Source: Octopus vulgaris
Taxonomy: Eukaryota
Reading direction: 5' to 3'
DNA length: 64,000 nt
NCBI GenBank assembly: GCA_951406725.2
Contig: OX597832.1
Coordinates: 47,430,001-47,494,000, forward strand
In this document: one piece after another, positions 26,332 through 40,112 of the stretch
How positions within the stretch are numbered: the stretch's first letter is position 1
Layout: every line of letters begins with the position of its first letter
The notes under the pieces: model-generated
The model's input: the letters and a program-made list of their open reading frames with translations, nothing else
The model's database searches: none
Told to the model about the DNA's origin: nothing
Program-made: the position numbers and the translations under genes

Positions 26332-26557
26332 ATATGTTTGTGTGTCTGTGTTTGTCCCCCTAGCATTGCTTGACAACCGATGCTGGTGTGTTTACGTCCC
26401 CGTCACTTAGCGGTTGGGCAAAAGAGACCGATAGAATAAGTACTGGGCTTACAAAAAGAATAAGTCCCGGGGTCGATTTGCTCGACTAAAGGCGGTGCTC
26501 CAGCATGGCCGCAGTCAAATGACTGAAACATGTAAAAGAGTAAAAGAGTAAAGAGTA
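25912..26557 (+). mobile_element. SINE family B with a duplicated head
   Basis: Head 25912-26078, then (TA)n, then a full copy 26119-26557. Confidence 0.9.
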
Positions 26558-26864
26558 CACGTAAAGCGGGAGAAAGAACAAGACAACGGCCTTAATAAAA
26601 GAGAAGTGATTTCTATGTGTGTTGTATTTATTTCGCAATATTTTCCATGAAACGGATAGCATTTTGGGAGAGTCATTCTCTCCGTAAAGGACATGCGCAC
26701 TGGCTATGGTTCAGTCGTTTACCGATTGACTGATTTGTGAAAGGCTTTTGTCACACATGTGTCACCTTTTGTAAAAAATTCTCCCCACTATTTGTTTATT
26801 TATTGGGTGCGTGTGCCAGTGACTTCGAAGTTACGGCCAGCTAAGCCATCATTGGAGTGACTAA

Positions 26865-27398
<534 letters not shown>

Positions 27399-28264
27399 AA
27401 GGTGACTCGATGGAAAGTAGTATGATTTACAAATCTGGTAATATTTTTGTCTATTCTAGGCACAAGGCCCGAAATGTTGGGGTATGGAGGAGGGCCAGTC
27501 GATTAGATCGACCCCAGTACGCAAATGGTACTTAATTCATCGACCCCGAAAGAATGAAAGGCAAAGTCGACCCCCGGCGGAATTTACAAATCTGGCAATA
27601 TCATTACAAAAAATGGCGATAAAACTGAAAAACCAACCGCGCACGGAATAACACTATGATACTTCTAACTATGACAAAATACCATTGGCATAAACGACAT
27701 CTTAATCCTCTGACTTACTTCCGCTACTTATAGAACCATTCTTGTTACTGACCATCTCCTCACACGAAACAGCACCGCACACACCTTCCATAGAGTCACA
27801 TCTTTTACTCCTTGACTTTTCCCCAAGTATTCTACGCTGTCATACTTCGTTTCTTTGACATTTATGTTTCGCTTCTTGTTTTCTTGTTTTTGTATTTTTT
27901 TTCTTTCTTAAACCTTTGTATGCTTTGCGTGTGTCCCTTCTTTTTCAGTCTATAACGTGTATACTTTCTTTCTTTCTTTCTTTCATTTTTCTTTTAACAT
28001 TTCATTATATGTAAATCCCACACACACACTTTATGTCTGTCTTTGTATTGTCCCCCTTATTCTTCGCCATTGTGGCAAATAAATGAAATCATTATTATCA
28101 TTATTGTTATTGTTGTTGTTGTCATCGTCGTCGTGGTTGTCGTCATCATCCATCTTCGTCGTCGTCGTCGTTGCCGTCACCTCATCCTTCGCCCTGGGGG
28201 CAAATAAATGAAATCATATCATTATTATTATTATTATTGTTGCTGTCGTTGCTATTGTTGTTAC

Positions 28265-28321
<57 letters not shown>

Positions 28322-28322
<1 letters not shown>

Positions 28323-28640
28323 GAGTGAGCGAGCAGAGCATGCCATCAAAGTGACACTGGGGTAAAATATACGAAGCCCAGTATACCCATCATGACTACC
28401 CGTCTGATAAGGGTACACCAGGCACATGCACCACAACCATATGTGCGCGACATGGTGATCTCATATCAAGATAAACAGCACATGACCTTGCAGGTGGAGC
28501 CCAGTTAGAATTTTCTTCAGATCGAGTAACCCATCCCGCTCAAAAGGTCCCTGAATAAGGGTTGTTTAAGGACGTTGAACGAAACACCCATGTTTCCAGA
28601 GGTGAATTATTCAAACCCCAAAGAATCCTTCTCAACACAT
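28322..28640 (-). mobile_element. Unclassified insert of about 320 bp embedded in (TTA)n
   Basis: GC-richer unique block with sharp edges and (TTA)n on both sides; orientation inferred from a presumed (TAA)n tail. Confidence 0.5.
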
Positions 28641-28661
28641 GGCTATGATGCTCCCCCACTA

Positions 28662-28728
<67 letters not shown>

Positions 28729-28739
28729 ATTATTATTAC

Positions 28740-28805
<66 letters not shown>

Positions 28806-28820
28806 TATTATTATTATTAC

Positions 28821-28881
<61 letters not shown>

Positions 28882-28952
28882 GAACACTGGGGTCGATGTA
28901 ATCGACTCATCCCCTCTCAAAAATTGCTGCCCTTGTGTCAAAATTTGCTGGG

Positions 28953-29012
<60 letters not shown>

Positions 29013-29303
29013 TTGTTTTTTATCTTTTCCCATCTGTTTTGTTTTGTTGTTTTTATTTATTTTTTTTACTTTTGCTTGTTTTTGTTGTTGTTGTTTTTCT
29101 CCTTTCTTTATCTTATGTCTTTATTTGTTATCTCATATGTGCTCCTGTATATGCTTGATGTTATAGTTCTGTCAAGAGCATACGTGTTCACATGCACGCA
29201 CGTGCACTCATTCGCCCCTATTCATCCATTCCCCATCTATATATATATACGCGGACACACACACACACACGAAGTGCAGCTGAATGTCAATGAGTGCGCG
29301 TGA

Positions 29304-29342
<39 letters not shown>

Positions 29343-29421
29343 TGTCTGTGCCTGTGTGTATGTGTGTGTAAGAAATTAAATGAGTAATAAAGGAACAAGA
29401 AATTACTTTATGAACTTCACC

Positions 29422-29502
29422 AGCTTACAACTGTTTCTGCTATGAGACGCAATGCACTCATAATTGAGTTCTTGTGTATCACCCTACAGCTTCATCAGAG
29501 CT
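29422..29502 (-). ncRNA. Type I hammerhead motif, PLE-type
   Basis: AGCT-CTGATGA-A-GCTGT...ATAGC-A-GAA-ACAGTTGT-A-AGCT on the minus strand. Confidence 0.65.
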
Positions 29503-29822
29503 TCATCCTTTGTCGTTTATTTAATTTATTATTTTTGCTCTGTACTTGACTGAGGTTTTGTTCTGAAGCGTATGTCTAATGAGTTCTAACACCAGGTTAT
29601 TAATATCGCAATAACTCGCATATCCACATTATGTTATACATTTGCTAGCTATTCCCGGTGGCTTCTCGCCGCTGGCGCCACCAAAAGTGAACAATATCAT
29701 CGTGAAAGGCACGAAATTGTTGTGATATTTTGGACGATTACTGATGAGGAATAAGCAATGTCTTGTATGTGAATTTTCCGTTTGTTGTGTTTATGTTAAA
29801 TTTTTGGAACATAATATTGACG

Positions 29823-30283
<461 letters not shown>

Positions 30284-30527
30284 GGGGGGAGCGTGTGTAT
30301 ATGTCGTTTTAAATGAATGTATGTATGATTATATCTACATATTTTCATATGCGCAATATTCATATTGTATAATATTCAAACATGTCTGTTGATGCTTGTA
30401 AGTGGGTTGTGTGAGTGAATACACTTATCTGTGTATTTTTTATGTATGTGAGTTCTTTGTGTATCGTTTCTGCTTAAGAAATTGCTATACTTGAAGAAAA
30501 TGAGGTATGATTCTAGAAACAGTGTTT

Positions 30528-30567
<40 letters not shown>

Positions 30568-30942
30568 ACGCGCTTGCGTTCGTGTGTGTGTGTGTCTGTG
30601 TGTGTCTGTGCATGTGTATGTGTGTGTGTGTGTGTCATAGTAATCACAGACACAGACAGACGGAGATGGAAAGAATGCTTGCGAACCATTAAAATTTGAA
30701 TCGTATAAGTATACGCAATTTACAATCATTTTACACTTGTACATAGGTGTGTATGTGCGTATATGTGTGTGCCTGTGTATGTGTATGTGAGAGTATGGTT
30801 GAGGACCCATGTATGTATCTATGTATATAATTATATATATATACACACACACATAAATACATATACAGATAGATAGATACGGTACACGCACGCACTCGCG
30901 CACACATGCACTCGCACACACATGCACTCAGACCACACACAC

Positions 30943-31017
<75 letters not shown>

Positions 31018-31479
31018 GTTACATATATATAGATATAAATATACATGTATATATATATACATATATATATATACATATATATACATATATATATATATAT
31101 AATGTGCGTTCATCATTTACGAAAACGTATAAATGTGAGTAAATATGTGTGTCTGTGTGTGTGTGGTCTGTGCGCATTGAAATAATTAAAATACTTCTTA
31201 CGATATTGTGGCCATTGACATTAAGGGTTAGAGTTCCAATGTACTTACATGTAGACATTGCTAGTGACGTAGATATCTACGTAATATGACATACACGGGC
31301 GGGAACATTACTTTTAAAAGACGAAAGATAGTTCAAACTGTCAACAATTGTTATAGCAAACGGCACAAGACCATTTGAAACAGACGAAGTCACTGATTCA
31401 GACATTGAGAATGGACAAGATTTTGTAACAACCTAAGACAGAGACTAGTTCAAACAGCACACAACAAATGTGCATCAAT

Positions 31480-31737
31480 GAAATTTGCAGACGATACGCA
31501 CAAGTCCATCGAAACTGCAGACGATACGCACAAATCCATCGAAATTGCAGACGATAAGCACAAGTCCATCGAAATTGCAGACGATAAGCACAAGTCCATC
31601 GAAATTGCAGACGATAACCCGATTCAGTAGATTTTCAAGACAGCAACAAATATTCATCAATTAAATTTGCAGACGATAAGCACAAGTCCATCGAAACTGC
31701 AGACGATAACATGATTCAGTAGATTTTCAAGACAGTC
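31480..31737 (+). repeat. 30-bp minisatellite GAAATTGCAGACGATAAGCACAAGTCCATC
   Basis: About 4.5 tandem units plus a second partial block; one frame reads (ADDxHKSIEx)n. Confidence 0.9.
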
Positions 31738-32778
31738 GGAAGAATACTGTTTAAAATGACAGAATTACTTGAAAGAGTGGTCGTTAAAGTCACTGAATCA
31801 TCAAATAAAGAAACCGTAGGAAACGGATGTATTAAAGACGTATGACAAAAAAAAAGACCATATTGAAAGAGAAAAGAAAAACCACAATTTGTAGAAGCCA
31901 AATTTTAAAAGGCCAGTCATCCAAAGAACTGTGAAAATAAAAGAGATAATTACGATGTAGACATATAGAAGAGCAGAAGATAAAATCGTTGGAGAATCAT
32001 AAATCGTATTGAGACTAAAGAATTTTTAAGCCGTCGTGAAAAGGAAACTTCGATTACGTTACATCAGCATTTACTACACTAATGACAAAATCTGGCTCCA
32101 TATTGTTATAAATTCTAACAGCCTCAAGACATTGCGAGAAACTATTACCATTTCACTTTTCGTATCTACGTCCCACTTATATTGGTTTTAATGTTGTATA
32201 TCTCTTCACGCTTCGACTTCCATATTTAATTCTCTCAATTACATTTCAATCTCTTTATCTTGTTCTTTATTTATTTGTTTTGTCGTTATTGTCAATTAAC
32301 CCTTCCATTCCGACACAACAAAATGGAAGACAATATACTGTTTTAGCGATGCAAATATTTCGGATTTAACATAAAAAGATACTTTGACGTACCAATCGTA
32401 ACTGAGAAATTTCCAGGTAAGTAGCATGAATTTCTAATTAAATTTTAACTCCCAAAGCGAATATTATATTCATTATTGTTATGGCGATCAAAACAATCTA
32501 ATCTAATATTGTAAGCCACAAATCCGAATCATCATGATTTCAACATAGTTGGATGTTATCAGTCATTTGTACACAACCTGTATATAAATATATTATCTCA
32601 TTCGCAGCCTGGTATATTACGTAAATTATTGTCCTTTACGGATATTCAAATTTTATAGCAAGAGAATGGTAAAGTGAGTAAAACTATGGTAAAATACCAA
32701 ATATTACTGATTGTAGATTCGGTATACATATTCTATGTAATTACACCATTCATTTACTATCACTCATTCATTAGAAAA

Positions 32779-33172
32779 TCTTTATATATAAAAAAGAAAG
32801 GTTGTGTGTCTGTCTCCTACGATTTAGATTCCTAACTACTCCCACATTTTGCGGTGCAGTTTAACCAAAACCAGGTATCTTATAGTCGTGATTCATATCA
32901 AGCCCTTCTGGGTATTAGGGCGCGTTTACGATGAGTCTACGATTTTAAAAATAATTTACCATCATTTTTTGCCATTTTAATGCATATTTTTTTAATATAA
33001 GGGAAGTAACTCTCTAAAAGTGTCTACGATGACTCAACGATTTAAAAAAAATTTACCATATTTTTTTTTCCATTTTTAGCGCATTTTTTGCTATTTTTTG
33101 GCTATAACTCTCTAAACATGCTTTATAGTTATTTCCCTTACAAACCCGAGCAACGCCGGGCGATACTGCTAG
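32779..33172 (+). mobile_element. Non-autonomous Helitron
   Basis: A|TC start, 3' hairpin CCCGAGCAACGCCGGG and CTAG|T end; homolog at 56616. Confidence 0.85.
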
Positions 33173-33329
33173 TGCTACGTATATAAGCACGAACGCATGT
33201 AGTTAGGTCGCTATATTCATGTACGTCGCGATTGTTTCCATTTTCTCCGCTTACGAGACTATAAATGACATGACTACCATTCCCTACCACAGCCACTGAC
33301 ATCATCAATACGGATCACCTTCATCTCGT

Positions 33330-33376
<47 letters not shown>

Positions 33377-33454
33377 GATCCTATCTCTCTCTAACTTTCT
33401 CTCTCTCTCTCTCTCTCTGACTCTCTCTCCCTCTGTGCGCGTGCGCGTATTATG

Positions 33455-33580
33455 TACGCATGTGGCTGTGTAGTAAGAAGCTTACTTCCCAACCACCTGG
33501 TTCCGGGTTCAGTTCCACAGCGTGGCACCTTGTGGCAAATGTCTTCAACTATAGCCCCAGGCCGACCAAAGCCTTATTGG
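33455..33580 (+). mobile_element. SINE family B head fragment
   Basis: TGTGGCTGTGTAGTAAG...GGGTTCAGTTCCAC...CTATAGCCCCAGGCCGACC. Confidence 0.7.
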
Positions 33581-33681
33581 GGTCTCGATAACTTATAAGC
33601 CATGGAAATCGGATAACCGGCTCTACTATGAATCCTAGGACTAGAGAGAGTAATGTCCGGAGACTGACGATAACAATCCCG

Positions 33682-33979
33682 GCGACGACGATGATGATGA
33701 TGATGATGATGATAACGACGACGACGAGAGTGGTGATGATGATGGCGACGACGACAACGATGATGATGATGATGGCGGCGACGACGATGACGAGGGTGAT
33801 GATGATGACGACGATGATGATGACGTTGAGAGAGATAATGATAATGACGACGATGATGATGATGATAGCGACGACGACGACCATGACGAAGTTGATGATG
33901 AAGATGATGATGATGATGATGATGATGATGAGACGGTGATGATGATGACGATGACGATGATGATGACGATGACGATGAC

Positions 33980-34015
<36 letters not shown>

Positions 34016-34099
34016 AATAATGATGATGATGATGACGATGATGATGATGATAATAATGATGATGATGATGATGATGACGATGATGATGATGATGACGAC

Positions 34100-34152
<53 letters not shown>

Positions 34153-34159
34153 CGATGAC

Positions 34160-34200
<41 letters not shown>
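33682..34200. repeat. (GAT)n/(GAC)n array
   Basis: Directly visible. Confidence 0.95.
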
Positions 34201-34202
<2 letters not shown>

Positions 34203-34830
34203 CATTATTTTGCTAAAGTGAATGTTGATTTCTAGACGCATCTTCAGTCAAGTTTCGAGTGTCTCCAGAAATGTCTCGGGTACATCTATCTTATAGAGAG
34301 AAAAACAAAAAAACACCACTGTGCTGTCTTCTGAAGAAGTCCCTACAGCTCTCCACAATGAAAACTAGGGAGTGGTAAGTTGAGAAGAGCCTAAGAGACG
34401 TCAAGAGAGCGGAGAGAGAGAGAGAGAAGGAGAGGAAACGGGGGTACTTTAAGTGATACCTATGTAGTTTGTTTTGTTTGGTTGTTTGGTTCATTCATAT
34501 TTGTGGCAACGTTAGTGAGTCGAGTGCCTTTGTGTGAGAACCTACTTCGGTATATGCTTCGCGTGTGTTCGTACGTATCCGTGTTCGTACGTATCCGTGT
34601 TCGCAGCGATTGTCATTGGTTGTTAGCGCATGTATGCAAGAGTTAATAACCTAACGTCAATGGCGCTCAGTCTCTGATTCACGTTGTATGGTATTTTGTA
34701 TTTATGTGTGCGTGTGTGTGTGTCTGTCTGTCTCTCTCTCTCTAAACAATAATAACTATAATAATAATAATAATAATAACATTATGACGACTCAAAAGTG
34801 ATGAGCTAAGCCTAGCCAGAATCGAACCCA

Positions 34831-35301
34831 CATTTTTCAATCAATTTGTTTATATATAAGTGTCGCTTTAAATCGGAGAATATATATTATTATTATGATA
34901 TATTATTATAGTTATTGTTGTACTAATAAACTTCCATAGTTGCTTTCTGTCCATTACTTACAAAGCCTTCGGGTTTGTTTATAAATATATGTAGTATTAG
35001 ACTGTTTGAGTATATATACGTAAAATGTGACTGAAATTGATGGGTAGCCACACGGCTACAGCCACGTCCGATTGCGCCAAGCGCTCACCCATCAATTTCC
35101 GTCACATTTTACGTATATATACTCAAACAGTCTAATACTACATATATTTATAAACAAACCAGAAGGCTTTGTAAGTTATGGACAGAAAGCAACTATGGAA
35201 GTTTATTAGTACAACAATAACTATAATAATATATAATAATAATAATATATATTCTCCGATTTAAAGCGACACTTATATATAAACAAATTGACTGAAAAAT
35301 G
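34831..35301. mobile_element. Foldback element with about 215-bp TIRs and an 11-bp TSD (Mutator-like)
   Basis: Arms 34831-35045 and 35087-35301; flanks AATCGAACCCA and AATCGAACTCA. Confidence 0.85.
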
Positions 35302-35552
35302 AATCGAACTCACATGTCAACGCTTACATGGCTACACGCGCTTTACTCTGTAACTTACAAAGTCTTCTGGCTTGTTTATAAGTATGATATATATATATGT
35401 ATATCTTATGTATGAATATATTTACATACACAAACACACATACATACACACATCCATCCATCCATCCATCCATACATACATACATACATACATACATACA
35501 TACATACATACATACATACATACATACATTCATACATACATACATACATACA

Positions 35553-35583
<31 letters not shown>

Positions 35584-35838
35584 GCGTGTGTTTGTTTTTA
35601 TGTTCAGTTATAGTAAAAGCAATCTAACATTAACCTGATGGGTTACTCTATACTTTTGTTATTGGGTTTAAAAAAAAATTATTTCTATCCAAAGGTTATT
35701 TTTAACCCAATGTTTACCCGCTCTTAAGGTGGTTTTAGTTTTGGGTAAACATGTTTACCCGCTCTTAAGGTGGTTTTAGCGTCAGATCACGGCTGCTGTT
35801 TTCAGCATGGCGGTATCTCGTAGATACCCTAAGTTATA

Positions 35839-35876
<38 letters not shown>

Positions 35877-35881
<5 letters not shown>

Positions 35882-36036
35882 ATATTTCAGAATGGTCATA
35901 TTGCCAGTTTAGCCAATAAAAAAACACACGCACTATATATTTGGCTAAACTGGCAATATGACCATTCCGAAATATAACAATATCTGTTTCAACACACGAC
36001 TTCACATAAAAAATCTTGCACAACAAATATTTAAAC

Positions 36037-36037
<1 letters not shown>
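35877..36037. repeat. (TA)n-embedded insert with a 40-bp inverted repeat
   Basis: 35877-35916 pairs with 35941-35980; the distal part is a reverse relative of 18463-18515. Confidence 0.85.
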
Positions 36038-36107
<70 letters not shown>

Positions 36108-36342
36108 TATATATATATGCATGCATGTATGTATCTGCATATATGTGTATAAACATGTATTATAGTTGATCTTATGTGAACAATAAAACGTTCATAAACA
36201 TCTTATTTCATTTTAATTATAGCTAATATCTTCAATTTTAATTTAGTATCACCTTTTATGATCAGCTTTTTGTCCTTTGTCTTTTATGTAGATGACAATG
36301 AGTAGGGGTTTCCTGCTGTTTGGTGGTAAGGAGGAAACCTTA

Positions 36343-36758
36343 GGGCGGGGAGCTGGCAGAATCGTTAACACGTCGGTCGAAATGCTTAGCGGTATTTCGT
36401 CTGCCGTTACGTTCTGAGTTCAAATTCCGCCGAGGTCGACTTTGCCTTTCATCCTTTCGGGGTCGATTAAATAAGTACCAGTTACGCACTGGGGTCGATA
36501 TAATCGACTTAATCCGTTTGTCTGTCCTTGTTTGTCCCCTCTATGTTTAGCCCCTTGTGGGTAATAAAGAAATAGGTATTTCGTCTGCCGTTACGTTCTG
36601 AGTTCAAATTCCGCCGAGGTCGACTTAACCTTTCATCCTTTCGGGGTCGATTAAATAAGTACCAGTTACGCACAGGGGTCGATGTAATCGACTTAATACC
36701 TATGTCTGTCCTTGTTTGTCCTCTCTGTGTTTAGCCCCTTGTAGGTAGTAAAGAAATA
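36343..36758 (+). mobile_element. SINE family A, dimeric
   Basis: Flanking repeat GGTAAGGAG(G/A)AAACCTT. Confidence 0.92.
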
Positions 36759-36965
36759 GGTAAGGAGAAAACCTTCAAGGTGGAACATTATGAGTATTCC
36801 GAAGTAAATTCTAGGATTTTAGTAAGATTTATTCCCTCTGAGCTCCGTAACATTTTTCCTCATTTCCATATATATCCTTCTCGTTGAGGCTGGCGTATAA
36901 TTTTGGTAAGCCACGAACTTACACAATGTTTGTGTGTAACAGTTTGTGTGTGTGTGTGTGTGTGT

Positions 36966-37187
36966 GAGCTGGCAGAAACGTTAGTACGCCGGGCGAAATG
37001 CTAAACGGTATTTCGTCTGCCGTTACGTTCTGAGTTCAAATTCCGCCGAGGTCGACTTAACCTTTCATCCTTTCGGGGTCGATTAAATAAGTACCAGTTA
37101 CGCACTGGGGTCGATATAATCGACTTAATCCTTTGTCTGTCCTTGTTTGTCCCCTCTGTGTTTAGCCCCTTGTGGGTAGTAAAGAAA

Positions 37188-37190
<3 letters not shown>
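36966..37190 (+). mobile_element. SINE family A, monomer in (TG)n
   Basis: Sequence identity to other A copies. Confidence 0.9.
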
Positions 37191-37225
<35 letters not shown>

Positions 37226-37453
37226 CGGCGTAAGATTACTTATTTACAGCTGAGCAGCAGGACTGAAGCAATGTGTGCGATGACTCTTTTTTGCTCAAAA
37301 AAACACAACGCGTGGGGCTGCCCAGGAATCGAAACCGCGAACTCGTGATCGTGAGTGAAACACCCTGACCACTCGGCCACGCGCTTTCAAAATGTTTCTG
37401 CATAGGAGCGTGTATATGTGTGTATGTATTTGCGTGCGTGTATTTGTGCATGA

Positions 37454-37506
<53 letters not shown>

Positions 37507-37515
37507 ACTACTCAT

Positions 37516-37720
37516 TACTCTTTTTACTCTTTTACTTGTTTCAGTCATTTGACTACGGCCATGCTGGAGCACCGCCTTTAGTCGAGCAAATCGACCCCAG
37601 GACTTAGTCTTTGTAAGCCTAGTACTTATACTATCGGTCTCTTTTACCGAACCGCTAAGTTACGGGGACGTAAACACACCAGCATCTGTTGTCAAGCGAT
37701 GTTGGTGGGAGGCACAAACA

Positions 37721-37818
<98 letters not shown>

Positions 37819-38253
37819 GAGGGCATTATTATACATACATGCCACACGCTAAGAGGGACAAAATTAGTCATTTCTACCAAAAATTTTACTAATCCTACCG
37901 AATGCAATTTTTCAAAGTAAGTTGTCCTTAATTGCTATATATATATATATATATATAGGTGGTGCTATAAGTTAGTGGTGGTGCTATTAAGTTAGACATG
38001 GCCTGGACCAATCTCTGGTCGAAACATATCTAAGTTTTTATCTAAGTTTTATATATATATACAAATATATACATATACATATATACGACGGGCTTCTTTC
38101 AGTTTCCGTCAAGTAAATCCACTCACAAGGCTTTTGGTCGGTCCGAGGCTATAGTAGAAGACACTCTTGCCCAAGGTGCTACACGGTGGGACTGAACCCG
38201 GAACCATGTGGCTGGTAAGCAAGCTGCTTAACCACACAGCCACACCTGCGCCT
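37516..38253 (-). mobile_element. SINE family B carrying two nested inserts in its (TA)n
   Basis: Inserts at about 37818-37935 (relative of the 5571 arm) and 37958-38050 (LINE 3' tail). Confidence 0.88.
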
Positions 38254-38461
38254 GTGAGATAATTTTGCGCTATTTCCTTTAATCATGCGTATATTTCTAA
38301 TTAACCACAATCATATATACATCCGTTTCAACGCCGGTGTCGCCAAGGAATCTCTAACATTCAATGTGTTCTCTCTTCAACCAGGATATTCTGATACAAA
38401 AACTTGAAGGTCAATTGTTTACGGCCCATTTTTAATTCTTCTTTGCTTGTTTCGTAAAACA

Positions 38462-39127
38462 CTTCTTCCTTTCTTTCTTTCTTTCCTTCTTTCTTTCTTT
38501 CTTTCTTTCTTTCTTTCCTTCTTTATTTTATTCCTTTCTTTCTTTCTTCCTTCTTCCTTTCTTTCTTTCTTTCCTTCTTTCTTTCCTTTTTCTTTCTTTC
38601 CTTCTTTCTTTCTCTTCTTTCCTTCTTTCTTTCTTTCCTTCTTTCTTTCTTTCTTTCCTTTCTTCTTTCCTTCCTTTCTTTCTTTCCTTCTTTCCTTTCT
38701 TTCTTTCTTTCCTTCTTCCTTTCTTTCCTTCTTTCTTTCTTTCCTTCTCCCTTTCTTTCTTTCTTTCTTTCTTTCCTTCTTTCTTTCTTTCTTTCTTTCC
38801 TTCTCCCTTTCTTTCTTTCTTTCTTTCTTTCCATCTTTCTTTCTTTCTTTCTTTCCTTCTTCCTTTCTTTCTTTCTTTCCTTCTTCCTTTCTTTCCTTCT
38901 TTCCTTTTCCCTTTCTTTCTTTCTTTCTTTCTTTCCTTCTTCCTTTCTTTCTTTCCTTCTTTCTTTCCATCTTTCTTTCTTTCTTTCCTTCTTTCTTTCT
39001 TTCTTTCCTTCTTCCTTTCTTTCTTCCCTTCTTCCTTTCTTTCTTTCTTTCTTTCCTTCCTTCTTCCTTTCTTTCTTTCCTTCTTCCTTTCTTTCTTTCC
39101 TTCTTTCTTTCTTTCTTTCTTTCTTTC
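38462..39127. repeat. (CTTT)n/(CCTT)n polypyrimidine array
   Basis: Directly visible. Confidence 0.95.
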
Positions 39128-39416
39128 ATACAACCGCCCATGTTTCTTTGATTTCATTCCTGTTGGGTTTTCTTCTGTTTTAAATAGAATTCAAGGTTAA
39201 AATTAAAATAACCAGTGACACACTGACGGCATTGTTTCTGCAGCTAGAATGCCGTGTGAAGTAAACTCCACCTGTTTCAGGTTTCCCTACACGAATTAAT
39301 GAATATATCTCTGTGTATCCGTGTGTACGTATGTGAGGGATGTGTCTACGTATGTATGTATGTATGTGCGTGTGCGTAGGAGTTGGAGCGCAAGTGTGTG
39401 TGTGTCTCTGTGTGTT

Positions 39417-39467
<51 letters not shown>

Positions 39468-39603
39468 GACAGCTAAATAATAGACCCAATACAGGTGCTG
39501 GGCTGAGTGGATACGTTTAATAGTTGCAAAAGATCCTACGAAAAGCCAATCTGTTTTACAGGTCCAATAATTATTTATTAATAATCGTTGGACCTCTGTG
39601 TGC

Positions 39604-39666
<63 letters not shown>

Positions 39667-39700
39667 TATTATATTATATATTATAATAAATTAAATTATA

Positions 39701-39937
39701 AATTTAAAATAGCAGTCAAGAGATATAGCTATTCCTTCTACTAAAAGAGGGATCTCAGTAAAAACACAGCACTCTAAAGGCAAACACAGACAGGTAAGAA
39801 AGAAAGAATGAAATGACGGCAATCCATCATGCAATTTCTTACCTGTCTGTGTTTGCCTTTAGAGTGCTGTGTTTTTACTGAGATCCCTCTTTTAGTAGAA
39901 GGAATAGCTATATCTCTTTGACTGCTATTTCTAAATT
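39701..39937. repeat. Inverted repeat (arms about 100 bp) within a TA-flanked insert ending near 40085
   Basis: 39701-39801 is the reverse complement of 39835-39937. Confidence 0.92.
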
Positions 39938-40074
39938 CGGTGTGTTGGTGAAGCAATTCGTTGCTAAACCCTTAATTACTTAGTATTACTTAAATTTTCC
40001 TCGAATGGGGCTTTTACATGCCGAAATCTACTTGGTGTAATTGATAATTATCCCTAATTAATTAATTTCACCCT

Positions 40075-40105
<31 letters not shown>

Positions 40106-40112
40106 TATATTC

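Noticed and set aside
31480-31737. CRISPR array
   Set aside because: Repeats are contiguous with no unique spacers, there are no cas genes, and the context is eukaryotic.
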